This document shows positions 8,656 through 18,197 of a stretch of 64,000 nucleotides of DNA, piece by piece. Source of the DNA: Eubacteriales bacterium. Lineage in GTDB: Bacteria; Bacillota; Clostridia; Oscillospirales; CAG-272. Below the pieces are notes generated by a model that was not told the origin of the DNA, did not search any database, and saw only the letters and a list, made by a program, of their open reading frames with translations. Numbering within the stretch: position 1 is the stretch's first letter; every line of letters begins with the position of its first letter. Where the stretch lies: assembly GCA_045632305.1 (NCBI GenBank), contig JAZQWL010000033.1, positions 194-64,193 of the forward strand, read 5' to 3'. Position numbers and translations under genes: made by a program.

Positions 8656-9843
8656 TTAAATTCTGTCCATTGCGGTCTTAAGCGCACCGCCAAGTCCCTC
8701 GGTAAATTCAAGTCCACCGAGAATAAACGTCAGCTTTTCCCTGTTTTCGGGCGTCAAAATGCTTTCCGCAAGCTCTCTGTAGGAAACGGACGAAGCGTCA
8801 ATTATCCGCAAGCTTTTTTCCTTTGCGAAAACGTCCTTTAACATATCGGCGTATCCGTCCGATTCACAGATGGCAACAACACCCGAGAGATTACTTCTTT
8901 GAGAATACTCACATAGCTTCTCATAAGCAAGCTCAAGCTGACCGCAGTTTGTAGAAATGTCACTAATGATCATAGGAGAAAGTGAGAGCACCTCAAAGCA
9001 ACCGCAATTGCCTACGCTTCCAATACCCCCCGAGATCGCCGCAGAGGAGATCTTGATCCTATGGTCCTTCATAAGCTCGGCAAGCTCAAAAACCGACACC
9101 GTCGCGTCCCTCAGAAGTGGAGACGCACTTCTCAAAGTATACTGCTTCTCATTATAAACAAAAGTCTGCTGACGCATTTTTTCCTCAACGACTCTCGTAG
9201 TTCTGTGTATAAGAAGTCTGATGCCCGCCTTATGACACTTGTCGGAAAAATAATTGTAATGCTGATTGTTACCCGTAACGACTCCGCGATTTACAAGATT
9301 TATGCAGGATGCTACGCGGTCAAGCTCATCCTGAGATACCGTTCCGTACAGCTTCGGCACGATAGCGAAATTGAACGGAGCGCAGATCTCAAACATACCC
9401 TTTGTGTCTTTGCGAGTATTTTCCAATATAACGTATTTCGCACCGAGAATTTTACTTACGTAAAGGCAGATCGCAAACACGACCTCCTCGCGCAGGAACG
9501 TTACTGTCTTATTTTTCTTTAAAATATCGCGTATATAAGTCAGAATATTTGTAAACTCCTCAATGCTTGGGGATATGCCGTCCACGTAGATAGAGCGCTT
9601 GATGTCAAATCCGTACGCGTCCGTAATACGCGCAACTGTATAGCCCGATGCCTTCATCACGGATTCGAGAACCGTACCCGACGCGTGGGCATACGCCCCT
9701 CCCGAGGTGTATATATACCCCGCCCCGACGTTAACTCTTCCAAGCTTTTCGCACAGGAGCAAAAGGCGGGAAATATTGATGCCGTTTTCCTTTGTCGCAG
9801 ACGGAATAGAGTTTATGTATTTAATTAAAATGTTATATTTCAA
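8656..9843 (-). CDS. FolC/Mur-ligase-family-like protein with degenerate catalytic motifs (likely non-catalytic)
   Basis: 395 aa starting at TTG with a GAGGAT RBS 7 nt upstream. It is collinear with folylpolyglutamate synthases (LGRVNVGAGYIYTSGGAYAHASGTVLESVMKASGYTVARITDAY...VDGISPSIEEF). The expected GTNGKGS P-loop, the ETGLGGR motif and the DGAHN motif all appear replaced. Confidence 0.55.
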   Translation of the reverse strand: MKYNILIKYINSIPSATKENGINISRLLLLCEKLGRVNVGAGYIYTSGGAYAHASGTVLESVMKASGYTVARITDAYGFDIKRSIYVDGISPSIEEFTNILTYIRDILKKNKTVTFLREEVVFAICLYVSKILGAKYVILENTRKDTKGMFEICAPFNFAIVPKLYGTVSQDELDRVASCINLVNRGVVTGNNQHYNYFSDKCHKAGIRLLIHRTTRVVEEKMRQQTFVYNEKQYTLRSASPLLRDATVSVFELAELMKDHRIKISSAAISGGIGSVGNCGCFEVLSLSPMIISDISTNCGQLELAYEKLCEYSQRSNLSGVVAICESDGYADMLKDVFAKEKSLRIIDASSVSYRELAESILTPENREKLTFILGGLEFTEGLGGALKTAMDRI

Positions 9844-9869
9844 AACTCAGATCCTCGCTTTCTGCGTTT

Positions 9870-11804
9870 TTACGCCGTCAGTATCATCACCGAATCCGAC
9901 GGAACTTCGATACGTCCGCTGTATTCCTTACCCGTAAGCAGATCCGTATAAATCTCTCCGTCGGGTATGTCAATTGTATAGCTCTCTCCTCTGTTTGCGA
10001 CAACGATTATAAGCCCGCAAGCATTTTCTCGGGCATATACGATGCTCGATTCAGTATGCTTGATAACGTAAAAATCGCCGTCTGTAAGAGCGCTGTTATT
10101 CCGTCTTATCTCACCGAGACGTCTGTAATATGAAAGAAGCTCCGCGCGATAACCGTCACAAATTTCATGCCACGGAAAAGGCATGCGACAGAAGGGATCG
10201 TGATAACCCTCAAGTCCTACCTCATCTCCGTAGTAAAGCGACGGAATTCCATAAGCCGTATACTGCAGCGCCGCCGCAATTTTAAGACGCGAAATTGCCC
10301 GCGTAAGCTTTTCTTCGCAAAGTCTTCGTCTTGACAGCTCGGCATTGCTTCCCTCAAAGTCGGATAAATCACTTCCGAGCACTGTTATAATTCTATCGGT
10401 ATCATGGGTGCCAAGAACGTTCATAAGCTTCATCGACACCTGCTTCGGGTACGACGCGTAGATCTCAATTAATGTATTGTAAAGCATCTCTGCGTCACCA
10501 AACTGACAGAAGGACACTATCGCGTTTTTTAAAGGATAGTTCATAACGCTATCGAGCTGTCTGCCGGAAAAATATCTACGACGGTTTCCGTAAGCAACCT
10601 TATCGCAAGCATTTTCCCATACCTCGCCGATGATCACCGCTTCACCATAGCTTTCACGCTTGGCAACTAAACGGATCTCGTCAAGGATCTTATCGTTAAG
10701 CTCGTCAGCAACGTCAAGTCGCCAGCCCGCAATACCCATTTTTGTATATTTTTCTATAACTCCTCCCTCGCCCGTAATAAGAGCGCGACAGGATTCATTT
10801 TCATGATTCAATTTCGGGAGAATATCGATTCCCCACCAGGATTCATATTGATTCGGCCAATTTTTGAAGAAATACCAATTGCGATACGGCGAGCTTTCAT
10901 CGTTGTACGCGCCGCCGCGACCGTATTTTCCGCATTTGTTGAAGTAAAGACTGTCATCCCCCGTATGATTGAAAACACCGTCGAGAATGATTCCAATTCC
11001 CTTTTCCTTCGCCTTTTCGAGAAGATACTCAAACGCCTTGTCACCGCCGAACATTTTATCAACCGCAAGGTAATTTCCCGTATCGTACTTATGGTTTGAA
11101 TACGCCTCGAAGATCGGACTCAGATAAATCGTCTTGACGGACAAGCTCTCAAGATAATCCAGCTTTTCCGCGATACCGTAAAGAGTTCCGCCGAAAAATT
11201 CGTTATTTTTGAGCGGATCCCCCACACGATCGGCGTACTGCGGTATGCCACACTGCCAGTCGCTGTTCATAACTGCGTCATCACGGCATACTATATCTCT
11301 AACCCTCTCATCCTCGCCTCTGTAAAATCTGTCCACAAAGGCATGATACATTACGCCCTTACCAAAGCTGTCGGGAGTTTTGAAATCCGCTTCAAAGACA
11401 AGCAGACGAAATCTCTGCCCGCCCCGCTCGCTTATCTCGACGTCATAATTGTTATGAGTACGTGTAAAAAGAGTATTATAGCCACGAAGAAGCAGAAACT
11501 CGTAATAGAAAAGTCCGTATCCGCAATCTCCACAAATCGCCTTCGTATCAAGACGAAGCGTATAAATATCGTGTACTCCGTCCGAGCCCGAAAATTCAAG
11601 CGGCATATCGATATCCGCGCATCCGTCGGGAGCGATTCTCATAACGACACCCCGCGCACCGAGGGCGCGGGATACCGAAAATTCAAAGTCTATTTCCGTT
11701 CCGCACGGGAATGCTCCAAGATTTGAAGCATCCTCGTCGCAAACGAATTTTTTTATTTTTAAATCACTGTTTTTCTCAATATCAGCAAATAGTTTCGGCA
11801 ACAT
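9870..11804 (-). CDS. Intracellular GH13 alpha-glucan hydrolase (neopullulanase/cyclomaltodextrinase-like)
   Basis: 644 aa without a signal peptide. It carries the four GH13 regions: DGVFNHTGDD, GWRLDVADEL, IGEVWE and LGTHDTDR. Confidence 0.85.
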   Translation of the reverse strand: MLPKLFADIEKNSDLKIKKFVCDEDASNLGAFPCGTEIDFEFSVSRALGARGVVMRIAPDGCADIDMPLEFSGSDGVHDIYTLRLDTKAICGDCGYGLFYYEFLLLRGYNTLFTRTHNNYDVEISERGGQRFRLLVFEADFKTPDSFGKGVMYHAFVDRFYRGEDERVRDIVCRDDAVMNSDWQCGIPQYADRVGDPLKNNEFFGGTLYGIAEKLDYLESLSVKTIYLSPIFEAYSNHKYDTGNYLAVDKMFGGDKAFEYLLEKAKEKGIGIILDGVFNHTGDDSLYFNKCGKYGRGGAYNDESSPYRNWYFFKNWPNQYESWWGIDILPKLNHENESCRALITGEGGVIEKYTKMGIAGWRLDVADELNDKILDEIRLVAKRESYGEAVIIGEVWENACDKVAYGNRRRYFSGRQLDSVMNYPLKNAIVSFCQFGDAEMLYNTLIEIYASYPKQVSMKLMNVLGTHDTDRIITVLGSDLSDFEGSNAELSRRRLCEEKLTRAISRLKIAAALQYTAYGIPSLYYGDEVGLEGYHDPFCRMPFPWHEICDGYRAELLSYYRRLGEIRRNNSALTDGDFYVIKHTESSIVYARENACGLIIVVANRGESYTIDIPDGEIYTDLLTGKEYSGRIEVPSDSVMILTA

Positions 11805-11840
11805 AATGTCTTATCGTTTTGCCTTCCTTGAAAATTCAAA

Positions 11841-14267
11841 TTATTTGATCGGCTTAAGTCCCCAGAACTTATTAGCGTAATCGTGAATACATCTGTCTGC
11901 CGCAAAGTAACCCGCAGAAGCAGTGTTAAGAAGCGACATTCTTGTCCAATCGCGTCTGTCAGCGTATGCATCGATCATTCTGTCGTGAGTGAGACGGTAA
12001 GACTCAAAGTCTGCAAGACACATATAAGGATCTGCAATACCGTGTCCGCCAATAAGGTAAGACGCAATATCAGCAAAGGATTCGCCCGCAAAGCCGATGG
12101 AAAGATAGTTTACGATTCTCTTAAGACGCTCGTTGTTTGTATAGAATTCTGCAGAACGGTAACCGCGGAGCCAGAGCTCTTCAACCTCACGGCTTGTAAG
12201 ACCGAAGATAAACATGTTATCCTTGCCAACCGCCTCAAGCATCTCAACGTTAGCGCCGTCAAGCGTGCCGATAGTGAGCGCGCCGTTGATCATGAGCTTC
12301 ATACATCCCGTACCGCTCGCTTCCTTACCCGCAAGGGATATCTGCTGGCTGATCTCCGCAGAAGGAATGAGGATTTCCGCTGTACTTACGTCGTAGTTTT
12401 CAAGGAATACAACGTTGAGCTTTTCCTTGATTCGAGGATTCTGATCGATATCCTTGGAGATCAAAGAGATAAGCTGAATGATTCTCTTCGCCATATGGTA
12501 GCCGGGAGCCGCCTTAGCGCCGAAGATAAATGTCTGCGGCTGAATGTCAAGATTGGGATTATCCTTGAGATCGAGATATGTGCCGATAATGTTAAGCACG
12601 TTGAGAAGCTGACGCTTATATTCGTGAAGTCGCTTGATCTGTACGTCAAAGAGAGAGTTTGTATCGATCATCTTGCCCGTCTTTGCGTAAAGGTGATTTG
12701 CAAACTTAACCTTGTTGTTATGCTTGATCTCGTCAAATCTCGTAAGAACCGCGTCGTCATCCGCAAATTTCTTGAATTGTGCAAGCTCTACGGGATTATG
12801 TCTGTAGCCCGTTCCGATGCACTCGTCAAGAAGTCCTGCAAGCTCAGGGTTGGAATAGCAGAGCCAACGACGGTGAGCGATACCGTTAGTTACGTTATCA
12901 AATCTGTCGGGGTACATTCTGTAGAAATCATGGAATACGGATTCCTTCAGAATCTCGGAGTGAAGCTCGGATACACCGTTTACGGAGTGAGAGCCGATAA
13001 CCGAGAGGTTAGCCATACGAACTGTGCCGTAGCCAACAACGCTCATCTTGGAAATTCTCTGCCAGTTGCCGGGGAATGCGTTCCAAGCGTCGCGGCAGAA
13101 TCTCTCGTTGATCTCCTTAACGATCATATGAATTCTCGGAAGTGTCAGAGCAAAGAGGTCCTCGTTCCAGGTTTCAAGCGCCTCGGGAAGAACCGTATGA
13201 TTTGTATAGGAAACGATCTTAACCACCTTGTCCCATGCCGCTTCCCAAGAATAGAAGTAATCGTCCATAAGGATTCTCATAAGCTCGGGGATACAGAGCG
13301 CGGGGTGAGTATCGTTAATGTGAATAGCAACCTTATCCTCAAGGTTTTCAAGCGTTCCGTAAACCGCCATATGGTCACGGATAATGCTCTGCACAGATGC
13401 GGAAACGAGGAAATACTGCTGGGAAAGACGGAGGAGCTTACCTTCCGCGTGGTTATCCGAGGGATAAAGCACCTTTGTAAGCGTTTCGGCGTTCGTTCTA
13501 TGCTCAACCGCCTTATGATACTGTCCCTGTGTAAAGAGTCCCATATCGAATTTACGCATATCTCTCGCGCGCCACAAACGGAGACGGCTTACCGCGTCAC
13601 TGTCCGCGCCCGAAATCATCATATCGTAAGGAACGGCTTCGATCTCGTCGCCACCCTCGTAGGAAACCTCGTGCTTGCCGTCAACCCACTTCTCGTTAAC
13701 CTTACCGCCGAAGCGAACTACGAAGCAGCGGTCGGTTCTCGGAACGAGCCATACCTCGCCGCCGGGAAGCCATACGTCGGGAAGCTCAACCTGCATGCCC
13801 TCAACTATCATCTGACGGAAAAGTCCGTATTCATAACAAAGTGAAAATCCGGTCGCGGGATAATCAAGAGAGGACAGAGAGTCCATAAAGCAAGCCGCAA
13901 GGCGACCGAGACCGCCGTTACCGAGACCCGCATCGGGCTCGCAGGTGTAGAGGTTATCAAGCTCAAAGCCCATGTCTCCAAGCGCCTCTGCATATTCCTT
14001 ATCAAGACCGAGGTTGCAGAGATTTGTCTTAAGGGATCTACCGAGAAGGAACTCCATGCACATATAGTACACGCGCTTTGCTCCCTGCTTGTTGACCTCC
14101 TTTTTGAATTCTCCGCGCTTTTCGGTCAAGATATCTCTTACCGTCATAGCGACTGCCTTATACATCTGCTCCTGGGATGCCTCGGCAGGAGTGCAGCCGA
14201 AGTATCTTGAAAGTTTTATTTCAACGTTTTCTTTAATCTGTGTTGCATTTAAGTTTTTGCTGTTCAT
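11841..14267 (-). CDS. glgP: Glycogen/maltodextrin phosphorylase
   Basis: 808 aa of GT35 type, with the PLP-lysine region EASGTGCMKLMINGALTIGTLDGANVE. Confidence 0.95.
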   Translation of the reverse strand: MNSKNLNATQIKENVEIKLSRYFGCTPAEASQEQMYKAVAMTVRDILTEKRGEFKKEVNKQGAKRVYYMCMEFLLGRSLKTNLCNLGLDKEYAEALGDMGFELDNLYTCEPDAGLGNGGLGRLAACFMDSLSSLDYPATGFSLCYEYGLFRQMIVEGMQVELPDVWLPGGEVWLVPRTDRCFVVRFGGKVNEKWVDGKHEVSYEGGDEIEAVPYDMMISGADSDAVSRLRLWRARDMRKFDMGLFTQGQYHKAVEHRTNAETLTKVLYPSDNHAEGKLLRLSQQYFLVSASVQSIIRDHMAVYGTLENLEDKVAIHINDTHPALCIPELMRILMDDYFYSWEAAWDKVVKIVSYTNHTVLPEALETWNEDLFALTLPRIHMIVKEINERFCRDAWNAFPGNWQRISKMSVVGYGTVRMANLSVIGSHSVNGVSELHSEILKESVFHDFYRMYPDRFDNVTNGIAHRRWLCYSNPELAGLLDECIGTGYRHNPVELAQFKKFADDDAVLTRFDEIKHNNKVKFANHLYAKTGKMIDTNSLFDVQIKRLHEYKRQLLNVLNIIGTYLDLKDNPNLDIQPQTFIFGAKAAPGYHMAKRIIQLISLISKDIDQNPRIKEKLNVVFLENYDVSTAEILIPSAEISQQISLAGKEASGTGCMKLMINGALTIGTLDGANVEMLEAVGKDNMFIFGLTSREVEELWLRGYRSAEFYTNNERLKRIVNYLSIGFAGESFADIASYLIGGHGIADPYMCLADFESYRLTHDRMIDAYADRRDWTRMSLLNTASAGYFAADRCIHDYANKFWGLKPIK

Positions 14268-14304
14268 TGTTGTGTATTACCTTTCTTTTGGGACATGTGC
14301 GATA

Positions 14305-15747
14305 TTAAAGGGAGTTATACATCTCCATATATTTTTTTGCAGATACGCTCCACGAGAAATCTGTTCCCATTACCTTGGAAGCAAGCTTTCTGTACGCGGG
14401 CTTATCAAGGAAGAGATCGATCGCCTCTTCAGTCTTTGCGAGAAGCTCGTGAGCATAATAATTTGCAAACGTAAATCCGTTTCCGCGAATCTCACCGTTG
14501 TCGATCCAATATGGCTTTATGGAATCGTAAAGACCGCCCGTTTCACGAACTACGGGAAGCGCACCGTATCTTGACGCGATCATCTGCGAAAGACCGCAGG
14601 GCTCGCTCTTTGACGGCATAAGGAAAATATCCGCAGCCGCGTAAATTCTCTTGGAGAGATCTCTGTCATAGGTAAGAAGCGCGCGAACCTTATCGTGATG
14701 ATTATATTCAAGTCCGCGGAAGAAGTCCTCATATTTTGCCTCGCCCTTACCGAGAACCACAAGCTGAATATCACGCTTACCAACAAGCTCGTAAGCCATC
14801 TCCGCTACGATATCAAGTCCCTTGTGGGATGCAAGGCGCGAAATAATCGCGAGCATAGGAACGTCAGCTCTTTCGGGAAGTCCGTACTCTCTCTGAAGAG
14901 CCATCTTGTTCTCTGCCTTACCTGTCGCAAAGTTACGTCTGTCAAAGTTCTTTGCTATTACCTTATCCTTTGACGGATTATAATAGTCGTAGTCAATACC
15001 GTTAAGAATTCCCGAGAGCTTATACGCATTCTTTTCGAGAATGTGAGAAAGACCGTGAGAATACTCCGCGCCCTGAATCTCCTCTGCATATCGGGGGCTT
15101 ACGGTGCTTACCGCGTCGGCGCATTCGATCGCGCCCTTCATAAGATTTACACAATCGTCGTATCTCATGAGCGCGTAATGCTCGGGACCGAGATCAAGCA
15201 CGTCGCAAAGAGTATCATAGCTGTACTTACCCTGATATTCAATATTATGAATAGTAAATACGCTCTTGATCTCCTCATATCCGGGCTTGTATCTGTACTT
15301 CGTATTCAAATATACAACAGAAAGCGCGGACTGCCAATCGTTCGCGTGCATAACATCGGGATAAAAATTCAGATGAGCCATAAGCTCAAGAACTGCTTTG
15401 GAGAAAAACGCGTATCTCTCGGCATCGTCGAAATAGCCGTACAGAGCGTCTCTCTTGAAATAATATTCGTTATCTATAAAATAATATGTTACGCCGTCCT
15501 TTTGGAGACTCTTGACGCCACAGTACTGATTTCTCCAGGAAAGCGATACGTAAAATACCGCCTCATCCTTCATCTGCGCGCGCCACTCGGGCTTGACTGC
15601 AGAATAAAGAGGAAGCACAACTCTTACGTCAACCGCACCCTTTTCGCTCGCCTTGATGGCTGCGGGGAGAGAGCCCATAACGTCACCCAAGCCGCCCGTT
15701 GCGGCAAAAGGCATTACTTCAGCGCCAACAAAAAGAATTTTCTTCAT
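14305..15747 (-). CDS. glgA: Glycogen synthase (ADP-glucose type)
   Basis: 480 aa with the N-terminal motif MKKILFVGAEVMPFAATGGLGDV and a GT5 fold. Confidence 0.95.
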   Translation of the reverse strand: MKKILFVGAEVMPFAATGGLGDVMGSLPAAIKASEKGAVDVRVVLPLYSAVKPEWRAQMKDEAVFYVSLSWRNQYCGVKSLQKDGVTYYFIDNEYYFKRDALYGYFDDAERYAFFSKAVLELMAHLNFYPDVMHANDWQSALSVVYLNTKYRYKPGYEEIKSVFTIHNIEYQGKYSYDTLCDVLDLGPEHYALMRYDDCVNLMKGAIECADAVSTVSPRYAEEIQGAEYSHGLSHILEKNAYKLSGILNGIDYDYYNPSKDKVIAKNFDRRNFATGKAENKMALQREYGLPERADVPMLAIISRLASHKGLDIVAEMAYELVGKRDIQLVVLGKGEAKYEDFFRGLEYNHHDKVRALLTYDRDLSKRIYAAADIFLMPSKSEPCGLSQMIASRYGALPVVRETGGLYDSIKPYWIDNGEIRGNGFTFANYYAHELLAKTEEAIDLFLDKPAYRKLASKVMGTDFSWSVSAKKYMEMYNSL

Positions 15748-15798
15748 AATTATTGCAATTTCCTTTCAGATTTTTCAAATTAGAAAAGCCAATTGAGC

Positions 15799-15827
15799 GC
15801 CTTATCGGGCAAAATGCCCGATAAGGC
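15799..15827 (-). other. Intercistronic stem-loop between glgD and glgA
   Basis: Perfect 12-bp stem gccttatcgggc/gcccgataaggc with a 5-nt loop and no adjacent U-tract. This could be a processing or stability element or a weak attenuator. Confidence 0.45.
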
Positions 15828-15839
15828 AATAAATTTAAA

Positions 15840-16973
15840 TCAAATGGTTACCTTCTTACCGATATAGAACGGCATGCTCTGGTGACCTGAGAGAACTCTG
15901 CCGTCTCTTATAGTTACGTTCTTATCCGTAATTACACAATTAAGGTTTGCATTTTCGCAAACGTAAGTGTCCTGGAAGAGGATGCAGTTCTTTACAACCG
16001 CGCCGCGGCCAACCTTAACGCCACGGAAAATAATGGAATTTTCAACAGTACCCTCGATAATACATCCGTCAGCAACAACGGAGTTCTTTACCGACGCGCC
16101 CTCGCAATAGCGTGTGGGGGCGGAGTTACGAACCTTTGTCAGGATAGGATGATTCTTGACACCGAAGAGTCCTTCTCTCGCTTCAGATCCGAGAAGCTTC
16201 ATAGAGCAAGCGAAATATTCCTCCATTGAACCGATGTGATCGTACCAGCCGTCAAAATCGTAAACGCGGAAATCTGCATCCTTTATGTTTCTTACAACGA
16301 TATCGTAAAGGAAGCTCGTATAACCGTGAGCGATCGCTGTCTCAACTACGTTAAGAAGATACGATCTCTTCATAACCATGATGTTCATGTAAACGCGGCA
16401 TTCACCGTCGAAGGTCTTTTTCTCGTAGAAATCAACCACTCTGCCGCTATCGTCCGTGTCGATGACGTGAAGCTTTTCCGCGGAAGTATAGCCCGCAAGA
16501 TTTACCTTCTTTGTAACGAACGTAATTTCCGCGCCATTGCTTGCGTGCGCCTCTATAACCTTCTGAAGATCGATGTTACAGATAACGTCGCAGTCCGACA
16601 TAACCACGTATTCCTCGTTGCAGCGAGCGATGAAATTAACCGCTCCCATAAGCGCCTGAAGTCTTGAGGAGTTGTTAAGCGCCGAGCCAGTATTCGTAAA
16701 CGCAGTAATGTTGGGAGGAAGGATCTTAATACCGCCGGAGCGTCTTGCAAGATCCCAGTCCTTACCTGTTTCAAGGTGGTCGAGAAGGGACTGATAATTA
16801 TTGTGAGTAATAACGCCGACCTTGATAATATCGGAGTTTACCATATTGGAGAGCATAAAGTCGATAAGTCTGTATCTGCCGCCGAAAGGAATACTTGCGG
16901 TAGTTCTCTGTCTTGTAAGCTCGGGCATGCTGTTATCATGCATATTAGTAAAGATTAAACCTACTGCTGTCAT
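15840..16973 (-). CDS. glgD: Glucose-1-phosphate adenylyltransferase, regulatory GlgD subunit
   Basis: 377 aa, a GlgC paralog lacking the GGxGxRL motif (FGGRYRLIDFMLSNM retained). It follows glgC, as in Bacillus and Clostridia. Confidence 0.9.
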   Translation of the reverse strand: MTAVGLIFTNMHDNSMPELTRQRTTASIPFGGRYRLIDFMLSNMVNSDIIKVGVITHNNYQSLLDHLETGKDWDLARRSGGIKILPPNITAFTNTGSALNNSSRLQALMGAVNFIARCNEEYVVMSDCDVICNIDLQKVIEAHASNGAEITFVTKKVNLAGYTSAEKLHVIDTDDSGRVVDFYEKKTFDGECRVYMNIMVMKRSYLLNVVETAIAHGYTSFLYDIVVRNIKDADFRVYDFDGWYDHIGSMEEYFACSMKLLGSEAREGLFGVKNHPILTKVRNSAPTRYCEGASVKNSVVADGCIIEGTVENSIIFRGVKVGRGAVVKNCILFQDTYVCENANLNCVITDKNVTIRDGRVLSGHQSMPFYIGKKVTI

Positions 16974-16991
16974 TATTCATTCCTCCTCTGT

Positions 16992-18173
16992 TTATTCAGA
17001 GATCATAGCGCCTGCGGGAATGCTTGCGCCGTCTTCGATCTCAACGTCTTCACCTATTACCGCGATCTCAACGCCGTCCGCACGTGGAACGCCAACCGTA
17101 GTGCCGCTACCGATCGTAACACCCGTATCAACAATAGCGTAATTCACAACCGCGCCCTCACCGATAACGGTATCGCCCATAAGCACACTGTCGCAAACGT
17201 ACGCGCCGGGAGCAACCTTGACACCTGCGCCCACAACGCAATTCTTAACCGTACCGTAGATCTCACAGCCCTCTGTGATATAGCTGTTTTCAACTACCGC
17301 ATCCGAGCCCACGAACTGAGGTCCGCTTGCAGAGTGACGTGAGAAGATTCTCCATTCTTTATTTCCGAGATCAAGCACGGGATCCTTACCGAGAAGATCC
17401 ATATTTGCTTCCCAGAGAGAGGAGATCGTTCCAACGTCCTTCCAATAGCCGTCGAAGGAGTAAGCAAACATTCTCTCACCCGCCGCGAGCATATTGGGAA
17501 TAATGTTCTTACCGAAGTCGTTAGAGGAGCCCTCGGTCGCCTCGTCCTCTTCAAGATAAGAGCGAAGCTTGTCCGCATTGAATATGTAGATACCCATTGA
17601 CGCCTTTGTGGAATCGGGGTTCTTGGGCTTTTCAGTGAACTTATAGATAGAGCCATCGTCGTTTGTGCTCATAATGCCGAATCTCGATGCTTCCTCGATC
17701 GGAACGTCAAGAACCGCAATGGTGCAATCGGCATTCTTTTCCTTGTGGTATTTAAGCATCTTGGCGTAATCCATCTTATAAATGTGGTCGCCCGAGAGAA
17801 TAAGCACGTAATCGGGATCGTATCTGTTTATAAATTCGAGGTTCTGATAGATAGCGTTAGCAGTTCCCTTGTACCAGTCGGCAGAATTCTGTCCCTGATA
17901 AGGAGGAAGAATATTAACGCCGCCGTAAATGCGGTCAAGGTCCCACGGCTGACCGTTTCCGATGTATTCATTGAGTACAAGAGGACGGTACTGTGTAGGA
18001 ACGCCGATAGCGTCGATACCTGAATTTACGCAGTTAGAAAGCGGAAAGTCGATAATACGGTACTTGCCGCCAAAGGGTACTGCGGGCTTTGCAGTTTTCT
18101 TTGTTAAAGCATAAAGTCTTGAACCCTGTCCGCCAGCGAGAAGCATGGCGACACATTCTTTTTTCTTGAACAT
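16992..18173 (-). CDS. glgC: Glucose-1-phosphate adenylyltransferase
   Basis: 393 aa with [32 protein letters not shown] and C-terminal left-handed beta-helix repeats. Confidence 0.95.
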   Translation of the reverse strand: MFKKKECVAMLLAGGQGSRLYALTKKTAKPAVPFGGKYRIIDFPLSNCVNSGIDAIGVPTQYRPLVLNEYIGNGQPWDLDRIYGGVNILPPYQGQNSADWYKGTANAIYQNLEFINRYDPDYVLILSGDHIYKMDYAKMLKYHKEKNADCTIAVLDVPIEEASRFGIMSTNDDGSIYKFTEKPKNPDSTKASMGIYIFNADKLRSYLEEDEATEGSSNDFGKNIIPNMLAAGERMFAYSFDGYWKDVGTISSLWEANMDLLGKDPVLDLGNKEWRIFSRHSASGPQFVGSDAVVENSYITEGCEIYGTVKNCVVGAGVKVAPGAYVCDSVLMGDTVIGEGAVVNYAIVDTGVTIGSGTTVGVPRADGVEIAVIGEDVEIEDGASIPAGAMISE

Positions 18174-18197
18174 AAAACCTCTCCTTAAATGTATTTA

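Noticed and set aside
11883-13844. 653-aa ORF on the plus strand, the longest unexplained ORF in the track.
   Set aside because: It is exactly codon-aligned antisense to glgP (offset of 42 nt), whose product is an unmistakable glycogen phosphorylase. The open frame is explained by the absence of TTA/CTA/TCA codons in glgP. The predicted protein is low-complexity, has no RBS and shows no recognisable motif.
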